This document shows positions 48,401 through 63,400 of a stretch of 64,000 nucleotides of DNA, in pieces (position 1 is the first letter of the stretch; the number at the start of each line of letters is the position of its first letter). Source of the stretch: Nemertoderma westbladi (taxonomy: Eukaryota; Animalia; Xenacoelomorpha); contig JAUCBJ010003036.1 in the NCBI GenBank assembly GCA_032718475.1, forward strand, positions 26,256 to 90,255, read 5' to 3'. Both the position numbers and the translations under genes were made by a program. The notes beneath the pieces were generated by a model, which saw only the letters and a program-made list of their open reading frames with translations, was not told where the DNA came from and searched no databases.

Positions 48401-51400
48401 AGCTCGTCGGCCGTGTGGCCGGGATGGCGAACCAGCTGTAGCTCATCGGCTGGGTGGCCGGGATGGCGAACCAGCTGTAGCTCATCGGCCGGGTGGCCGG
48501 GATGGCGAACCAGCTGTAGCTCGTCGGCCGGGTGGCCGGGATGGCGAACCAGCTGTAGCTCGTCGGCCGGGTGGCCGGGATGGCGAACCAGCTGTAGCTC
48601 GTTGGCCGGGTGGCCGGGATGGCGAACCAGCTGTAGCTCATCGGCCGGGTGGCCGGGATTGCGAACCAGCTGTAGCTCGTCGGCCGGGTGGCCGGGATGG
48701 CGAACCAGCTGTAGCTCATCGGCCGGGTGGCCGGGATGGCGAACCAGCTGTAGCTCGTTGGCCGGGTGGCCAGGATGGCGAACCAGCTGTAGCTCGTCGG
48801 CCGGGTGGCCGGGATGGCGAACCAGCTGTAGCTCGTCGGCCGGGTGGCCGGGATGGCGAACCAGCTGTAGCTCGTTGGCCGGGTGGCCGGGATGGCGAAC
48901 CAGCTGTAGCTCATCGGCTGGGTGGCCGGGATGGCGAACCAGCTGTAGCTCATCGGCTGGGTGGCCGGGATGGCGAACCAGCTGTAGCTCGTCGGCCGGG
49001 TGGCCGGGATGGCGAACCAGCTGTAGCTCATCGGCTGGGTGGCCGGGATGGCGAACCAGCTGTAGCTCATCGGCTGGGTGGCCGGGATGGCGAACCAGCT
49101 GTAGCTCGTCGGCCGGGTGGCCGGGATGGCGAACCAGCTGTAGCTCATCGGCGGGTGGCCGGGATGGCGAACCAGCTGTAGCTCATCGGCCGGGTGGCCG
49201 GGATGGCGAACCAGCTGTAGCTCGTCGGCCGGGTGGCCGGGATGGCGAACCAGCTGTAGCTCGTCGGCCGGGTGGCCGGGATGGCGAACCAGCTGTAGCT
49301 CGTTGGCCGGGTGGCCGGGATGGCGAACCAGCTGTAGCTCATCGGCCGGGTGGCCGGGATGGCGAACCAGCTGTAGCTCGTCGGCCGGGTGGCCGGGATG
49401 GCGAACCAGCTGTAGCTCGTCGGCCGGGTGGCCAGGATGGCGAACCAGCTGTAGCTCATCGGCTGGGTGGTTGGGATGGCGAACCAGCTGTAGCTCATCG
49501 GCCGGGTGGCCAGAATGGCGAACCAGCTGTAGCTCATCGGCCGGGTGGCCAGGATGACGAACCAGCTGTAGCTCGTTGGCCGGGTGGCCGGGATGGCGAA
49601 CCAGCTGTAGCTCGTTGGCCGGGTGGCCAGGATGGCGAACCAGCTGTAGCTCATCGGCTGGGTGGCCGGGATGGCGAACCAGCTGTAGCTCATCGGCCGG
49701 GTGGCCAGGATGGCGAACCAGCTGTAGCTCATCGGCTGGGTGGCCGGGATGGCGAACCAGCTGTAGCTCGTCGGCCGTGTGGCCGGGATGGCGAACCAGC
49801 TGTAGCTCATCGGCTGGGTGGCCGGGATGGCGAACCAGCTGTAGCTCATCGGCCGGGTGGCCGGGATGGCGAACCAGCTGTAGCTCGTTGGTCGGGTGGC
49901 CGGGATGGCGAACCAGCTGTAGCTCGTCGGCCGGGTGGCCAGGATGGCGAACCAGCTGTAGCTCATCGGCTGGGTGGCCGGGATGGCGAACCAGCTGTAG
50001 CTCAACGGCTGAGTGGCCGGGATGGCGAACCAGCTGTAGCTCATCGGCTGGGTGGCCGGGATGGCGAACCAGCTGTAGCTCGTCGGCCGTGTGGCCGGGA
50101 TGGCGAACCAGCTGTAGCTCATCGGCTGGGTGGCTGGGATGACGAACCAGCTGTAGCTCAACGGCTGAGTGGCCGGGATGGCGAACCAGCTGTAGCTCAT
50201 CGGCTGGGTGGCCGGGATGGCGAACCAGCTGTAGCTCGTCGGCCGTGTGGCCAGGATGGCGAACCAGCTGTTGCTCATCGGCCGGGTGGCCAGGATGGCG
50301 AACCAGCTGTAGCTCATCGGCTGGGTGGCTGGGATGGCGAACCAGCTGTAGCTCATCGGCCGGGTGGCCGGGATTGCGAACCAGCTGTAGCTCATCGGCC
50401 GGGTGGCCGGGATGACGAACCAGCTGTTGCTCATCAGCCGGGTGGCCAGGATGATGAACCAGCTGTAGCTCAACGGCTGAGTGGCCGGGATGGCGAACCA
50501 GCTGTAGCTCATCGGCTGGGTGGCCGGGATGGCGAACCAGCTGTAGCTCGTTGGTCGGGTGGCCGGGATGGCGAACCAGCTGTAGCTCGTCGGCCGGGTG
50601 GCCAGGATGGCGAACCAGCTGTAGCTCATTGGCTGGGTGGCCGGGATGGCGAACCAGCTGTAGCTCATCGGCCGGGTGGCCGGGATGGCGAACCAGCTGT
50701 AGCTCATTGGCTGGGTGGCCGGGATGGCGAACCAGCTGTAGCTCGTTGGCCGGGTGGCTGGGATGACGAACCAGCTGTAGCTCGTCGGCCGGGTGGCCAG
50801 GATGGCGAACCAGCTGTAGCTCATTGGCTGGGTGGCCGGGATGGCGAACCAGCTGTAGCTCATCGGCCGGGTGGCCGGGATGGCGAACCAGCTGTAGCTC
50901 ATTGGCTGGGTGGCCGGGATGGCGAACCAGCTGTAGCTCGTTGGCCGGGTGGCTGGGATGACGAACCAGCTGTAGCTCGTCGGCCGGGTGGCCAGGATGG
51001 CGAACCAGCTGTAGCTCATCGGCTGGGTGGCCGGGATGGCGAACCAGCTGTAGCTCATCGGCTGGGTGGCCGGGATGGCGAACCAGCTGTAGCTCATCGG
51101 CTGGGTGGCCGGGATGGCGAACCAGCTGTAGCTCATCGGCCGGGTGGCCGGGATTGCGAACCAGCTGTTGCTCATCAGCCGGGTGGCCAGGATGATGAAC
51201 CAGCTGTAGCTCAACGGCTGAGTGGCCGGGATGGCGAACCAGCTGTAGCTCATCGGCTGGGTGGCCGGGATGGCGAACCAGCTGTAGCTCGTCGGCCGTG
51301 TGGCCGGGATGGCGAACCAGCTGTAGCTCATCGGCTGGGTGACCGGGATGGCGAACCAGCTGTAGCTCATCGGCTGGGTGGCCGGGATGGCGAACCAGCT

Positions 51401-54400
51401 GTAGCTCATCGGCCGGGTGGCCAGGATGGCGAACCAGCTGTAGCTCATCGGCTGGTTGGCCAGGATGACGAACCAGCTGTAGCTCATCGGCTGGTTGGCC
51501 AGGATTGCGAACCAGCTGTAGCTCATCGGCTGGGTGGCCAGGATGACGAACCAGCTGTAGCTCGTTGGACGGGTGGCCGGGATGGCGAACCAGCTGTAGC
51601 TCGTTGGTCGGGTGGCCGGGATGGCGAACCAGCTGTAGCTCGTCGGCCGGGTGGCCGGGATGGCGAACCAGCTGTAGCTCGTCGGCCGGGTGGCCGGGAT
51701 GGCGAACCAGCTGTAGCTCGTTGGCCGGGTGGCCGGGATGGCGAACCAGCTGTAGCTCATTGGCCGGGTGGCCGGGATGGCGAACCAGCTGTAGCTCGTC
51801 GGCCGGGTGGCCGGGATGGCGAACCAGCTGTAGCTCGTCGGCCGGGTGGCCAGGATGGCGAACCAGCTGTAGCTCATCGGCTGGGTGGCTGGGATGGCGA
51901 ACCAGCTGTAGCTCATCGGCCGGGTGGCCAGGATGGCGAACCAGCTGTAGCTCATCGGCCGGGTGGCCAGGATGACGAACCAGCTGTAGCTCGTTGGCCG
52001 GGTGGCCGGGATGGCGAACCAGCTGTAGCTCGTTGGCCGGGTGGCCAGGATGGCGAACCAGCTGTAGCTCATCGGCTGGGTGGCCGGGATGGCGAACCAG
52101 CTGTAGCTCATCGGCCGGGTGGCCAGGATGGCGAACCAGCTGTAGCTCATCGGCTGGGTGGCCGGGATGGCGAACCAGCTGTAGCTCGTCGGCCGTGTGG
52201 CCGGGATGGCGAACCAGCTGTAGCTCATCGGCTGGGTGGCCGGGATGGCGAACCAGCTGTAACTCATCGGCCGGGTGGCCGGGATGGCGAACCAGCTGTA
52301 GCTCGTTGGTCGGGTGGCCGGGATGGCGAACCAGCTGTAGCTCGTCGGCCGGGTGGCCAGGATGGCGAACCAGCTGTAGCTCATCGGCTGGGTGGCCGGG
52401 ATGGCGAACCAGCTGTAGCTCAACGGCTGAGTGGCCGGGATGGCGAACCAGCTGTAGCTCGTCGGCCGTGTGGCCGGGATGGCGAACCAGCTGTAGCTCA
52501 TCGGCTGGGTGGCTGGGATGACGAACCAGCTGTAGCTCAACGGCTGAGTGGCCGGGATGGCGAACCAGCTGTAGCTCATCGGCTGGGTGGCCGGGATGGC
52601 GAACCAGCTGTAGCTCGTCGGCCGTGTGGCCAGGATGGCGAACCAGCTGTTGCTCATCGGCCGGGTGGCCAGGATGGCGAACCAGCTGTAGCTCATCGGC
52701 TGGGTGGCTGGGATGGCGAACCAGCTGTAGCTCATCGGCCGGGTGGCCGGGATTGCGAACCAGCTGTAGCTCATCGGCCGGGTGGCCGGGATGACGAACC
52801 AGCTGTTGCTCATCAGCCGGGTGGCCAGGATGATGAACCAGCTGTAGCTCAACGGCTGAGTGGCCGGGATGGCGAACCAGCTGTAGCTCATCGGCTGGGT
52901 GGCCGGGATGGCGAACCAGCTGTAGCTCGTTGGTCGGGTGGCCGGGATGGCGAACCAGCTGTAGCTCGTCGGCCGGGTGGCCAGGATGGCGAACCAGCTG
53001 TAGCTCATTGGCTGGGTGGCCGGGATGGCGAACCAGCTATAGCTCATCGGCCGGGTGGCCGGGATGGCGAACCAGCTGTAGCTCATTGGCTGGGTGGCCG
53101 GGATGGCGAACCAGCTGTAGCTCGTTGGCCGGGTGGCTGGGATGACGAACCAGCTGTAGCTCGTCGGCCGGGTGGCCAGGATGGCGAACCAGCTGTAGCT
53201 CATTGGCTGGGTGGCCGGGATGGCGAACCAGCTGTAGCTCATCGGCCGGGTGGCCGGGATGGCGAACCAGCTGTAGCTCATTGGCTGGGTGGCCGGGATG
53301 GCGAACCAGCTGTAGCTCGTTGGCCGGGTGGCTGGGATGACGAACCAGCTGTAGCTCGTCGGCCGGGTGGCCAGGATGGCGAACCAGCTGTAGCTCATCG
53401 GCTGGGTGGCCGGGATGGCGAACCAGCTGTAGCTCATCGGCTGGGTGGCCGGGATGGCGAACCAGCTGTAGCTCATCGGCTGGGTGGCCGGGATGGCGAA
53501 CCAGCTGTAGCTCATCGGCCGGGTGGCCGGGATTGCGAACCAGCTGTTGCTCATCAGCCGGGTGGCCAGGATGATGAACCAGCTGTAGCTCAACGGCTGA
53601 GTGGCCGGGATGGCGAACCAGCTGTAGCTCATCGGCTGGGTGGCCGGGATGGCGAACCAGCTGTAGCTCGTCGGCCGTGTGGCCGGGATGGCGAACCAGC
53701 TGTAGCTCATCGGCTGGGTGACCGGGATGGCGAACCAGCTGTAGCTCATCGGCTGGGTGGCCGGGATGGCGAACCAGCTGTAGCTCATCGGCCGGGTGGC
53801 CAGGATGGCGAACCAGCTGTAGCTCATCGGCTGGTTGGCCAGGATGACGAACCAGCTGTAGCTCATCGGCTGGTTGGCCAGGATTGCGAACCAGCTGTAG
53901 CTCATCGGCTGGGTGGCCAGGATGACGAACCAGCTGTAGCTCGTTGGACGGGTGGCCGGGATGGCGAACCAGCTGTAGCTCGTTGGTCGGGTGGCCGGGA
54001 TGGCGAACCAGCTGTAGCTCGTTGGCCGGGTGGCCGGGATGGCGAACCAGCTGTAGCTCGTTGGTCGGGTGGCCGGGATGGCGAACCAGCTGTAGCTCGT
54101 TGGTCGGGTGGCCGGGATGGCGAACCAGCTGTAGCTCGTCGGCCGGGTGGCCGGGATGGCGAACCAGCTGTAGCTCGTTGGCCGGGTGGCCGGGATGGCG
54201 AACCAGCTGTAGCTCGTTGGTCGGGTGGCCGGGATGGCGAACCAGCTGTAGCTCGTTGGTCGGGTGGCCGGGATGGCGAACCAGCTGTAGCTCGTTGGTC
54301 GGGTGGCCGGGATGGCGAACCAGCTGTAGCTCGTCGGATGGGTGGCCGGGATGACGAACCAGCTGTAGCTCGTTGGCCGGGTGGCTGGGATGGCGAACCA

Positions 54401-57400
54401 GCTGTAGCTCGTTGGCCGGGTGGCCGGGATGGCGAACAAGCTGTAGCTCGTTGGCCGGGTGGCCGGGATGGCGAACCAGCTGTAGCTCGTCGGCCGGGTG
54501 GCTGGGATGGCAAACCAGCTGTAGCTCGTCGGCCGGGTGGCTGGGATGGCGAACCAGCTGTAGCTCGTCGGCCGGGTGGCCGGGATGGCGAACCAGCTGT
54601 AGCTCGTTGGCCGGGTGGCCGGGATGGCGAACCAGCTGTAGCTCATTGGCCGGGTGGCTGGGATGGCGAACCAGCTGTAGCTCATCGGCTGGGTGGCCGG
54701 GATGACGAACCAGCTGTAGCTCGTTGGCCGGGTGGCCGGGATGGCGAACCAGCTGTAGCTCGTTGGCCGGGTGGCTGGGATGGCGAACCAGCTGTAGCTC
54801 GTCGGCCGGGTGGCCGGGATGGCGAACCAGCTGTAGCTCATCGGCCGGGTGGCCGGGATGGCGAACCAGCTGTAGCTCATCGGCCGGGTGGCTGGGATGG
54901 CGAACCAGCTGTAGCTCGTCGGCCGGGGGGCCGGGATGGCGAACCAGCTGTAGCTCGTTGGCCGGGTGGCCGGGATGGCGAACCAGCTGTAGCTCGTCGG
55001 CTGGGTGGCTGGGATGGCGAACCAGCTGTAGCTCGTTGGCCGGGTGGCCGGGATGACGAACCAGCTGTAGCTCGTTGGCCGGGTGGCTGGGATGGCGAAC
55101 CAGCTGTAGCTCGTTGGCCGGGTGGCCGGGATGGCGAACCAGCTGTAGCTCATCGGCCGGGTGGCCGGGATGACGAACCAGCTGTAGTTCGTTGGCTGGG
55201 TGGCTGGGATGGCGAACCAGATGTAGCTCATCGGCTGGATGGCTGGGATGGCGAACCAGCTGTAGCTCATCGGCCGGGTGGCCGGGATGGCGAACCAGCT
55301 GTAGCTCATCGGCTGGGTGGCCGGGATGGCGAACCAGCTGTAGCTCATCGGCCGGGTGGCTGGGATGGCGAACCAGCTGTAGCTCGTCGGCCGGGTGGCC
55401 GGGATGACGAACCAGCTGTAGCTCGTTGGCCGGGTGGCCGGGATGGCGAACCAGCTGTAGCTCGTTGGCCGGGTGGCCGGGATGGCGAACCAGCTGTAGC
55501 TCGTCGGCCGGGGGGCCGGGATGGCGAACCAGCTGTAGCTCGTTGGCCGGGTGGCCGGGATGGCGAACCAGCTGTAGCTCATCGGCCGGGTGGCCGGGAT
55601 GGCGAACCAGCTGTAGCTCGTTGGCCGGGTGGCTGGGATGACGAACCAGCTGTAGCTCGTCGGCCGGGTGGCCGGGATGGCGAACCAGCTGTAGCTCGTC
55701 GGCCGGGTGGCCAGGATGGCGAACCAGCTGTAGCTCATCGGCTGGGTGGCCGGGATGGCGAACCAGCTGTAGCTCATCGGCTGGGTGGCCGGGATGACGA
55801 ACCAGCTGTAGCTCGTTGGCCGGGTGGCCGGGATGGCGAACCAGCTGTAGCTCGTTGGTCGGGTGGCCGGGATGGCGAACCAGCTGTAGCTCGTTGGCCG
55901 GGTGGCCGGGATGGCGAACCAGCTGTAGCTCGTTGGTCGGGTGGCCGGGATGGCGAACCAGCTGTAGCTCGTTGGTCGGGTGGCCGGGATGGCGAACCAG
56001 CTGTAGCTCGTCGGCCGGGTGGCCGGGATGGCGAACCAGCTGTAGCTCGTCGGCCGGGTGGCCGGGATGGCGAACCAGCTGTAGCTCGTTGGTCGGGTGG
56101 CCGGGATGGCGAACCAGCTGTAGCTCGTTGGTCGTGTGGCCGGGATGGCGAACCAGCTGTAGCTCGTTGGTCGGGTGGCCGGGATGGCGAACCAGCTGTA
56201 GCTCGTCGGATGTGTGGCCGGGATGACGAACCAGCTGTAGCTCGTTGGCCGGGTGGCTGGGATGGCGAACCAGCTGTAGCTCGTTGGCCGGGTGGCCGGG
56301 ATGGCGAACCATCTGTAGCTCGTTGGCCGGGTGGCCGGGATGGCGAACCAGCTGTAGCTCGTTGGCTGGGTGGCCAGGATGGCGAACCAGCTGTAGCTCG
56401 TCGGCCGGGTGGCTGGGATGGCGAACCAGCTGTAGCTCGTCGGCCGGGTGGCCGGGATGGCGAACCAGCTGTAGCTCGTTGGCCGGGTGGCCAGGATGGC
56501 GAACCAGCTGTAGCTCATTGGCCGGGTGGCTGGGATGGCGAACCAGCTGTAGCTCGTTGGCCGGGTGGCCGGGATGGCGAACCAGCTGTAGCTCGTCAGC
56601 CGGGTGGCCGGGATGGCGAACCAGCTGTAGCTCGTTGGCCGGGTGGCCGGGATGGCGAACCAGCTGTAGCTCATTGGCCGGGTGGCTGGGATGGCGAACC
56701 AGCTGTAGCTCGTCGGCCGGGTGGCTGGGATGGCGAACCAGCTGTAGCTCGTCGGCCGGGTGGCCGGGATGGCGAACCAGCTGTAGCTCGTTGGCCGGGT
56801 GGCCGGGATGGCGAACCAGCTGTAGCTCATTGGCCGGGTGGCTGGGATGGCGAACCAGCTGTAGCTCATCGGCTGGGTGGCCGGGATGACGAACCAGCTG
56901 TAGCTCGTTGGCCGGGTGGCCGGGATGGCGAACCAGCTGTAGCTCGTTGGCCGGGTGGCTGGGATGGCGAACCAGCTGTAGCTCGTCGGCCGGGTGGCCG
57001 GGATGGCGAACCAGCTGTAGCTCATCGGCCGGGTGGCCGGGATGGCGAACCAGCTGTAGCTCATCGGCCGGGTGGCTGGGATGGCGAACCAGCTGTAGCT
57101 CGTCGGCCGGGGGGCCGGGATGGCGAACCAGCTGTAGCTCGTTGGCCGGGTGGCCGGGATGGCGAACCAGCTGTAGCTCGTCGGCTGGGTGGCTGGGATG
57201 GCGAACCAGCTGTAGCTCGTTGGCCGGGTGGCCGGGATGACGAACCAGCTGTAGCTCGTTGGCCGGGTGGCTGGGATGGCGAACCAGCTGTAGCTCGTTG
57301 GCCGGGTTGCCGGGATGGCGAACCAGCTGTAGCTCGTCGGCCGGGGGGCCGGGATGGCGAACCAGCTGTAGCTCGTTGGCCGGGTGGCCGGGATGGCGAA

Positions 57401-60400
57401 CCAGCTGTAGCTCGTCGGCTGGGTGGCTGGGATGGCGAACCAGCTGTAGCTCGTTGGCCGGGTGGCCGGGATGACGAACCAGCTGTAGCTCGTTGGCCGG
57501 GTGGCCGGGATGGCGAACCAGCTGTAGCTCGTCGGCCGGGTGGCTGGGATGGCGAACCAGCTGTAGCTCATCGGTCGGGTGGCTGGGATGGCGAACCAGC
57601 TGTAGCTCATCGGCCGGGTGGCTGGGATGGCGAACCAGCTGTAGCTCATCGGCCGGGTGGCCGGGATGACGAACCAGCTGTAGCTCGTCGGCCGGGTGGC
57701 CAGGATGGCGAACCAGCTGTAGCTCATCGGCCAGGTGGCCGGGATGGCGAACCAGCTGTAGCTCATCGGCCGGGTGGCCAGGATGGCGAACCAGCTGTAG
57801 CTCGTCGGCCGGGTGGCCAGGATGGCGAAGCAGCTGTAGCTCGTTGGCCGGGTGGCCAGGATGGCGAACCAGCTGTAGCTCATCGGCCGGGTGGCCGGGA
57901 TGGCGAACCAGCTGTAGCTCGTCAGCCGGGTGGCCAGGATGGCGAACCAGCTGTAGCTCGTCAGCCGGGTGGCCAGGATGGCGAACCAGCTGTAGCTCGT
58001 TGGTCAGGATGGCGAACCAGCTGTAGTTTGTTGGCCGGGAGGCCGGGATGACGAACCAGCTGTAGCTCATCGGCCGGGTGGCCGGGATGGCGAACCAGCT
58101 GTAGCTCATCGGCCGGGTGGCCGGGATGGCGAACCAGCTGTAGCTCATCGGCTGGGTGGCCGGGATGGCGAACCAGCTGTAGCTCGTTGGCCGGGTGGCC
58201 GGGATGGCGAACCAGCTGTAGCTCGTTGGCTGGGTGGCCAGGATGGCGAACCAGCTGTAGCTCGTCGGCCGGGTGGCTGGGATGGTGAACCAGCTGTAGC
58301 TCGTCGGCCGGGTGGCCGGGATGGCGAACCAGCTGTAGCTCGTTGGCCGGGTGGCCAGGATGGCGAACCAGCTGTAGCTCATTGGCCGGGTGGCTGGGAT
58401 GGCGAACCAGCTGTAGCTCGTTGGCCGGGTGGCCGGGATGGCGAACCAGCTGTAGCTCGTCAGCCGGGTGGCCGGGATGGCGAACCAGCTGTAGCTCGTT
58501 GGCCGGGTGGCCGGGATGGCAAACCAGCTGTAGCTCATTGGCCGGGTGGCTGGGATGGCGAACCAGCTGTAGCTCGTCGGCCGGGTGGCTGGGATGGCGA
58601 ACCAGCTGTAGCTCGTCGGCCGGGGGGCTGGGATGACGAACCAGCTGTAGCTCGTCGGCTGGGTGGCCAGGATGGCGAACCAGCTGTAGCTCGTCGGCTG
58701 GGTGGCCGGGATGGCGAACCAGCTGTAGCCCGTTGGTCGGGTGGCCAGGAAGGCGAACCAGCTGTAGCTCGTCGGCCGGGTGGCCGGGATGGCGAACCAG
58801 CTGTAGCTCGTCGGCTGGGTGGCCGGGATGGCGAACCAGCTGTAGCCCGTTGGTCGGGTGGCCAGGAAGGCGAACCAGCTGTAGCTCATCGGCTGGGTGG
58901 CCGGGATGGCGAACCAGCTGTAGCTCATCGGCCGGGTGGCCAGGATGGCGAACCAGCTGTAGCTCATCGGATGGGTGGCCAGGAAGGCGAACCAGCTGTA
59001 GCTCGTCGGCCGGGTGGCCGGGATGGCGTACCAGCTGTGGCTCGTTGGCCGGGTGGCCGGGATGGCGAACCAGCTGTAGCTCATTGGCCGGGTGGCCGGG
59101 ATGGCGAACCAGCTGTAGCTCGTCAGCCGGGTGGCCGGGATGGCGAACCAGCTGTAGCTCGTCGGCTGGGTGGCCGGGATGGCGAACCAGCTGTAGCTCA
59201 TCGGATGGGTGGCCAGGAAGGCGAACCAGCTGTAGCTCATCGGCCGGGTGGCTGGGATGGCGAACCAGCTGTAGCTCGTTGGCTGGGTGGCCGGGATGGC
59301 GAACCAGCTGTAGCTCATTGGCCGGGTGGCCGGGATGGCGAACCAGCTGTAGCTCGTCAGCCGGGTGGCCGGGATGGCGAACCAGCTGTAGCTCATCGGC
59401 CGGGTGGCCGGGATGGCGAACCAGCTGTAGCTCGTCGGCCGGGTGGCCGGGATGGCGAATCAGCTGTAGCTCATCGGCCGGGTGGCCGGGATGGCGAACC
59501 AGCTGTAGCTCGTCGGCCGGGTGGCCGGGATGGCGTACCAGCTGTGGCTTGTTGGCCGGGTGGCCGGGATGACGAACCAGCTGTAGCTCGTCAGCCGGGA
59601 GGCCAGAATGACAAACCAGCTGTAGCTCATCGGCCGGGTGGCTGGGATGGCGAACCAGCTGTAGCTCGTTGGCCGGGTGGCTGGGATGGCGAACCAGCTG
59701 TAGCTCGTCGGCCGGGTGGCCGGGATGGCGTACCAGCTGTGGCTCGTTGGCCGGGTGGCTGGGATGGCGAACCAGCTGTAGCTCGTTGGCCGGGTGGCCA
59801 GGAAGGCGAACCAGCTGTAGATCGTCGGCCGTGTGGCCGGGATGGCGAACCAGCTGTAGCTCGTCGGCCGGGTGGCCGGGATGGCGAACCAGCTGTAGCT
59901 CGTCGGCCGGGTGGCGGGGATGGAGAACCAGCTGTAGCTCATCGGCCGGGTGGCCGGGATGGCGAACCAGCTGTAGCTCGTCGGCCGGGTGGCCAGAATG
60001 ACGAACCAGCTGTAGCTCGTTGGCCGGGTGGCCGGGATGGCGTACCAGCTGTAGCTCATCGGCTGGATGGCCGGGATGGCGAACCAGCTGTAGCTCGTTG
60101 GCTGGGTGGCCAGGAAGGCGAACCAGCTGTAGCTCGTCGGCCGGGTGGCCGGGATGGCGTACCAGCTGTAGCTCGTTGGTCGGGTGGCTGGGATGGCGAA
60201 CCAGCTGTAGCTCATCGGACGGGGGGCTGGGATGGCGAACCAGCTGTAGCTCATTGGCCGGGTGGCCGGGATGGCGAACCAGCTGTAGCTCGTCGGCCGT
60301 GTGGCCGGGATGGCAAACCAGCTGTAGCTCGTTGGTCGGGTGGCTGGGATGGCGAACCAGCTGTAGCTCATCGGCTGGATGGCCGGGATGGCGAACCAGC

Positions 60401-63400
60401 TGTAGCTCGTTGGCTGGGTGGCCAGGAAGGCGAACCAGCTGTAGCTCGTCGGCCGGGTGGCCGGGATGGCGTACCAGCTGTAGCTCGTTGGTCGGGTGGC
60501 TGGGATGGCGAACCAGCTGTAGCTCGTCGGCCGTGTGGCCGGGATGGCGAACCAGCTGTAGCTCGTTGGTCGGGTGGCTGGGATGGCGAACCAGCTGTAG
60601 CTCGTCGGCCGGGTGGCCGGGATGACGAACCAGCTGTAGCCCGTTGGTCGGGTGGCCGGGATGGCAAACCAGCTGTAGCTCATTGGCTGGATGGCCGGGA
60701 TGGCGAACCAGCTGTAGATCGTCGGCCGTGTGGCCGGGATGGCGAACCAGCTGTAGCTCGTTGGCCGGGTGGCTGGGATGGCGAACCAGCTGTAGCTCGT
60801 CGGCCGGGTGGCCGGGATGGCGAACCAGCTGTAGCTCGTCGGCCGGGTGGCCGGGATGGCGAACCAGCTGTAGCTCATCGGCTGGGTGGCCGGGATGACG
60901 AACCAGCTGTAGCTCGTTGGCCGGGTGGCCGGGATGGCGAACCAGCTGTAGCTCGTCGGCCGGGTGGCCAGGATGGCGAACCAGCTGTAGCTCGTTGGCC
61001 GGGTGGCCGGGATGGCGAACCAGCTGTAGCTCGTTGGCCGGGTGGCCGGGATGGCGAACCAGCTGTAGCTCATCGGCTCGGGTGGCCGGGATGGCGAACC
61101 AGCTGTAGCTCGTTGGCCGGGTGGCCGGGATGGCGAACCAGCTGTAGCTCGTCGGCCGGGTGGCCGGGATGGCGAACCAGCTGTAGCTCGTTGGCCGGGT
61201 GGCCGGGATGGCGAACCAGCTGTAGCTCGTTGGCCGGGTGGCCGGGATGGCGAACCAGCTGTAGCTCGTTGGTCGGGTGGCCGGGATGGCGAACCAGCTG
61301 TAGCTCATTGGCCGGGTGGCCGTGATGGCGAACCAGCTGTAGCTCGTCGGCCGGGTGGCTGGGATGGCGAACCAGCTGTAGCTCGTTGGCCGGGTGGCTG
61401 GGATGGCGAACCAGCTGTAGCTCGTTGGCCGGGTGGCCGGGATGGCGAACCAGCTGTAGCTCGTTGGCCGGGTGGCCGGGATGGCGAACCAGCTGTAGCT
61501 CGTTGGCTGGGTGGCCAGGATGGCGAACCAGCTGTAGCTCGTCGGCCGGGTGGCTGGGATGGCGAACCAGCTGTAGCTCGTCGGCCGGGTGGCCGGGATG
61601 GCGAACCAGCTGTAGCTCATTGGCCGGGTGGCCAGGATGGCGAACCAGCTGTAGCTCATTGGCCGGGTGGCTGGGATGGCGAACCAGCTGTAGCTCGTTG
61701 GCCGGGTGGCCGGGATGGCGAACCAGCTGTAGCTCGTCAGCCGGGTGGCCGGGATGGCGAACCAGCTGTAGCTCGTTGGCCGGGTGGCCGGGATGGCGAA
61801 CCAGCTGTAGCTCATTGGCCGGGTGGCTGGGATGGCGAACCAGCTGTAGCTCGTCGGCCGGGTGGCTGGGATGGCGAACCAGCTGTAGCTCGTCGGCCGG
61901 GTGGCCGGGATGGCGAACCAGCTGTAGCTCGTTGGCCGGGTGGCCGGGATGGCGAACCAGCTGTAGCTCATTGGCCGGGTGGCTGGGATGGCGAACCAGC
62001 TGTAGCTCATCGGCTGGGTGGCCGGGATGACGAACCAGCTGTAGCTCGTTGGCCGGGTGGCCGGGATGGCGAACCAGCTGTAGCTCGTTGGCCGGGTGGC
62101 TGGGATGGCGAACCAGCTGTAGCTCGTCGGCCGGGTGGCCGGGATGGCGAACCAGCTGTAGCTCATCGGCCGGGTGGCCGGGATGGCGAACCAGCTGTAG
62201 CTCATCGGCCGGGTGGCTGGGATGGCGAACCAGCTGTAGCTCGTCGGCCGGGGGGCCGGGATGGCGAACCAGCTGTAGCTCGTTGGCCGGGTGGCCGGGA
62301 TGGCGAACCAGCTGTAGCTCGTCGGCTGGGTGGCTGGGATGGCGAACCAGCTGTAGCTCGTTGGCCGGGTGGCCGGGATGACGAACCAGCTGTAGCTCGT
62401 TGGCCGGGTGGCTGGGATGGCGAACCAGCTGTAGCTCGTTGGCCGGGTTGCCGGGATGGCGAACCAGCTGTAGCTCGTCGGCCGGGGGGCCGGGATGGCG
62501 AACCAGCTGTAGCTCGTTGGCCGGGTGGCCGGGATGGCGAACCAGCTGTAGCTCGTCGGCTGGGTGGCTGGGATGGCGAACCAGCTGTAGCTCGTTGGCC
62601 GGGTGGCCGGGATGACGAACCAGCTGTAGCTCGTTGGCCGGGTGGCCGGGATGGCGAACCAGCTGTAGCTCGTCGGCCGGGTGGCTGGGATGGCGAACCA
62701 GCTGTAGCTCATCGGTCGGGTGGCTGGGATGGCGAACCAGCTGTAGCTCATCGGCCGGGTGGCTGGGATGGCGAACCAGCTGTAGCTCATCGGCCGGGTG
62801 GCCGGGATGACGAACCAGCTGTAGCTCGTCGGCCGGGTGGCCAGGATGGCGAACCAGCTGTAGCTCATCGGCCAGGTGGCCGGGATGGCGAACCAGCTGT
62901 AGCTCATCGGCCGGGTGGCCAGGATGGCGAACCAGCTGTAGCTCGTCGGCCGGGTGGCCAGGATGGCGAAGCAGCTGTAGCTCGTTGGCCGGGTGGCCAG
63001 GATGGCGAACCAGCTGTAGCTCATCGGCCGGGTGGCCGGGATGGCGAACCAGCTGTAGCTCGTCAGCCGGGTGGCCAGGATGGCGAACCAGCTGTAGCTC
63101 GTCAGCCGGGTGGCCAGGATGGCGAACCAGCTGTAGCTCGTTGGTCAGGATGGCGAACCAGCTGTAGTTTGTTGGCCGGGAGGCCGGGATGACGAACCAG
63201 CTGTAGCTCATCGGCCGGGTGGCCGGGATGGCGAACCAGCTGTAGCTCATCGGCTGGGTGGCCGGGATGGCGAACCAGCTGTAGCTCGTTGGCCGGGTGG
63301 CCGGGATGGCGAACCAGCTGTAGCTCGTTGGCTGGGTGGCCAGGATGTCGAACCAGCTGTAGCTCGTCGGCCGGGTGGCTGGGATGGTGAACCAGCTGTA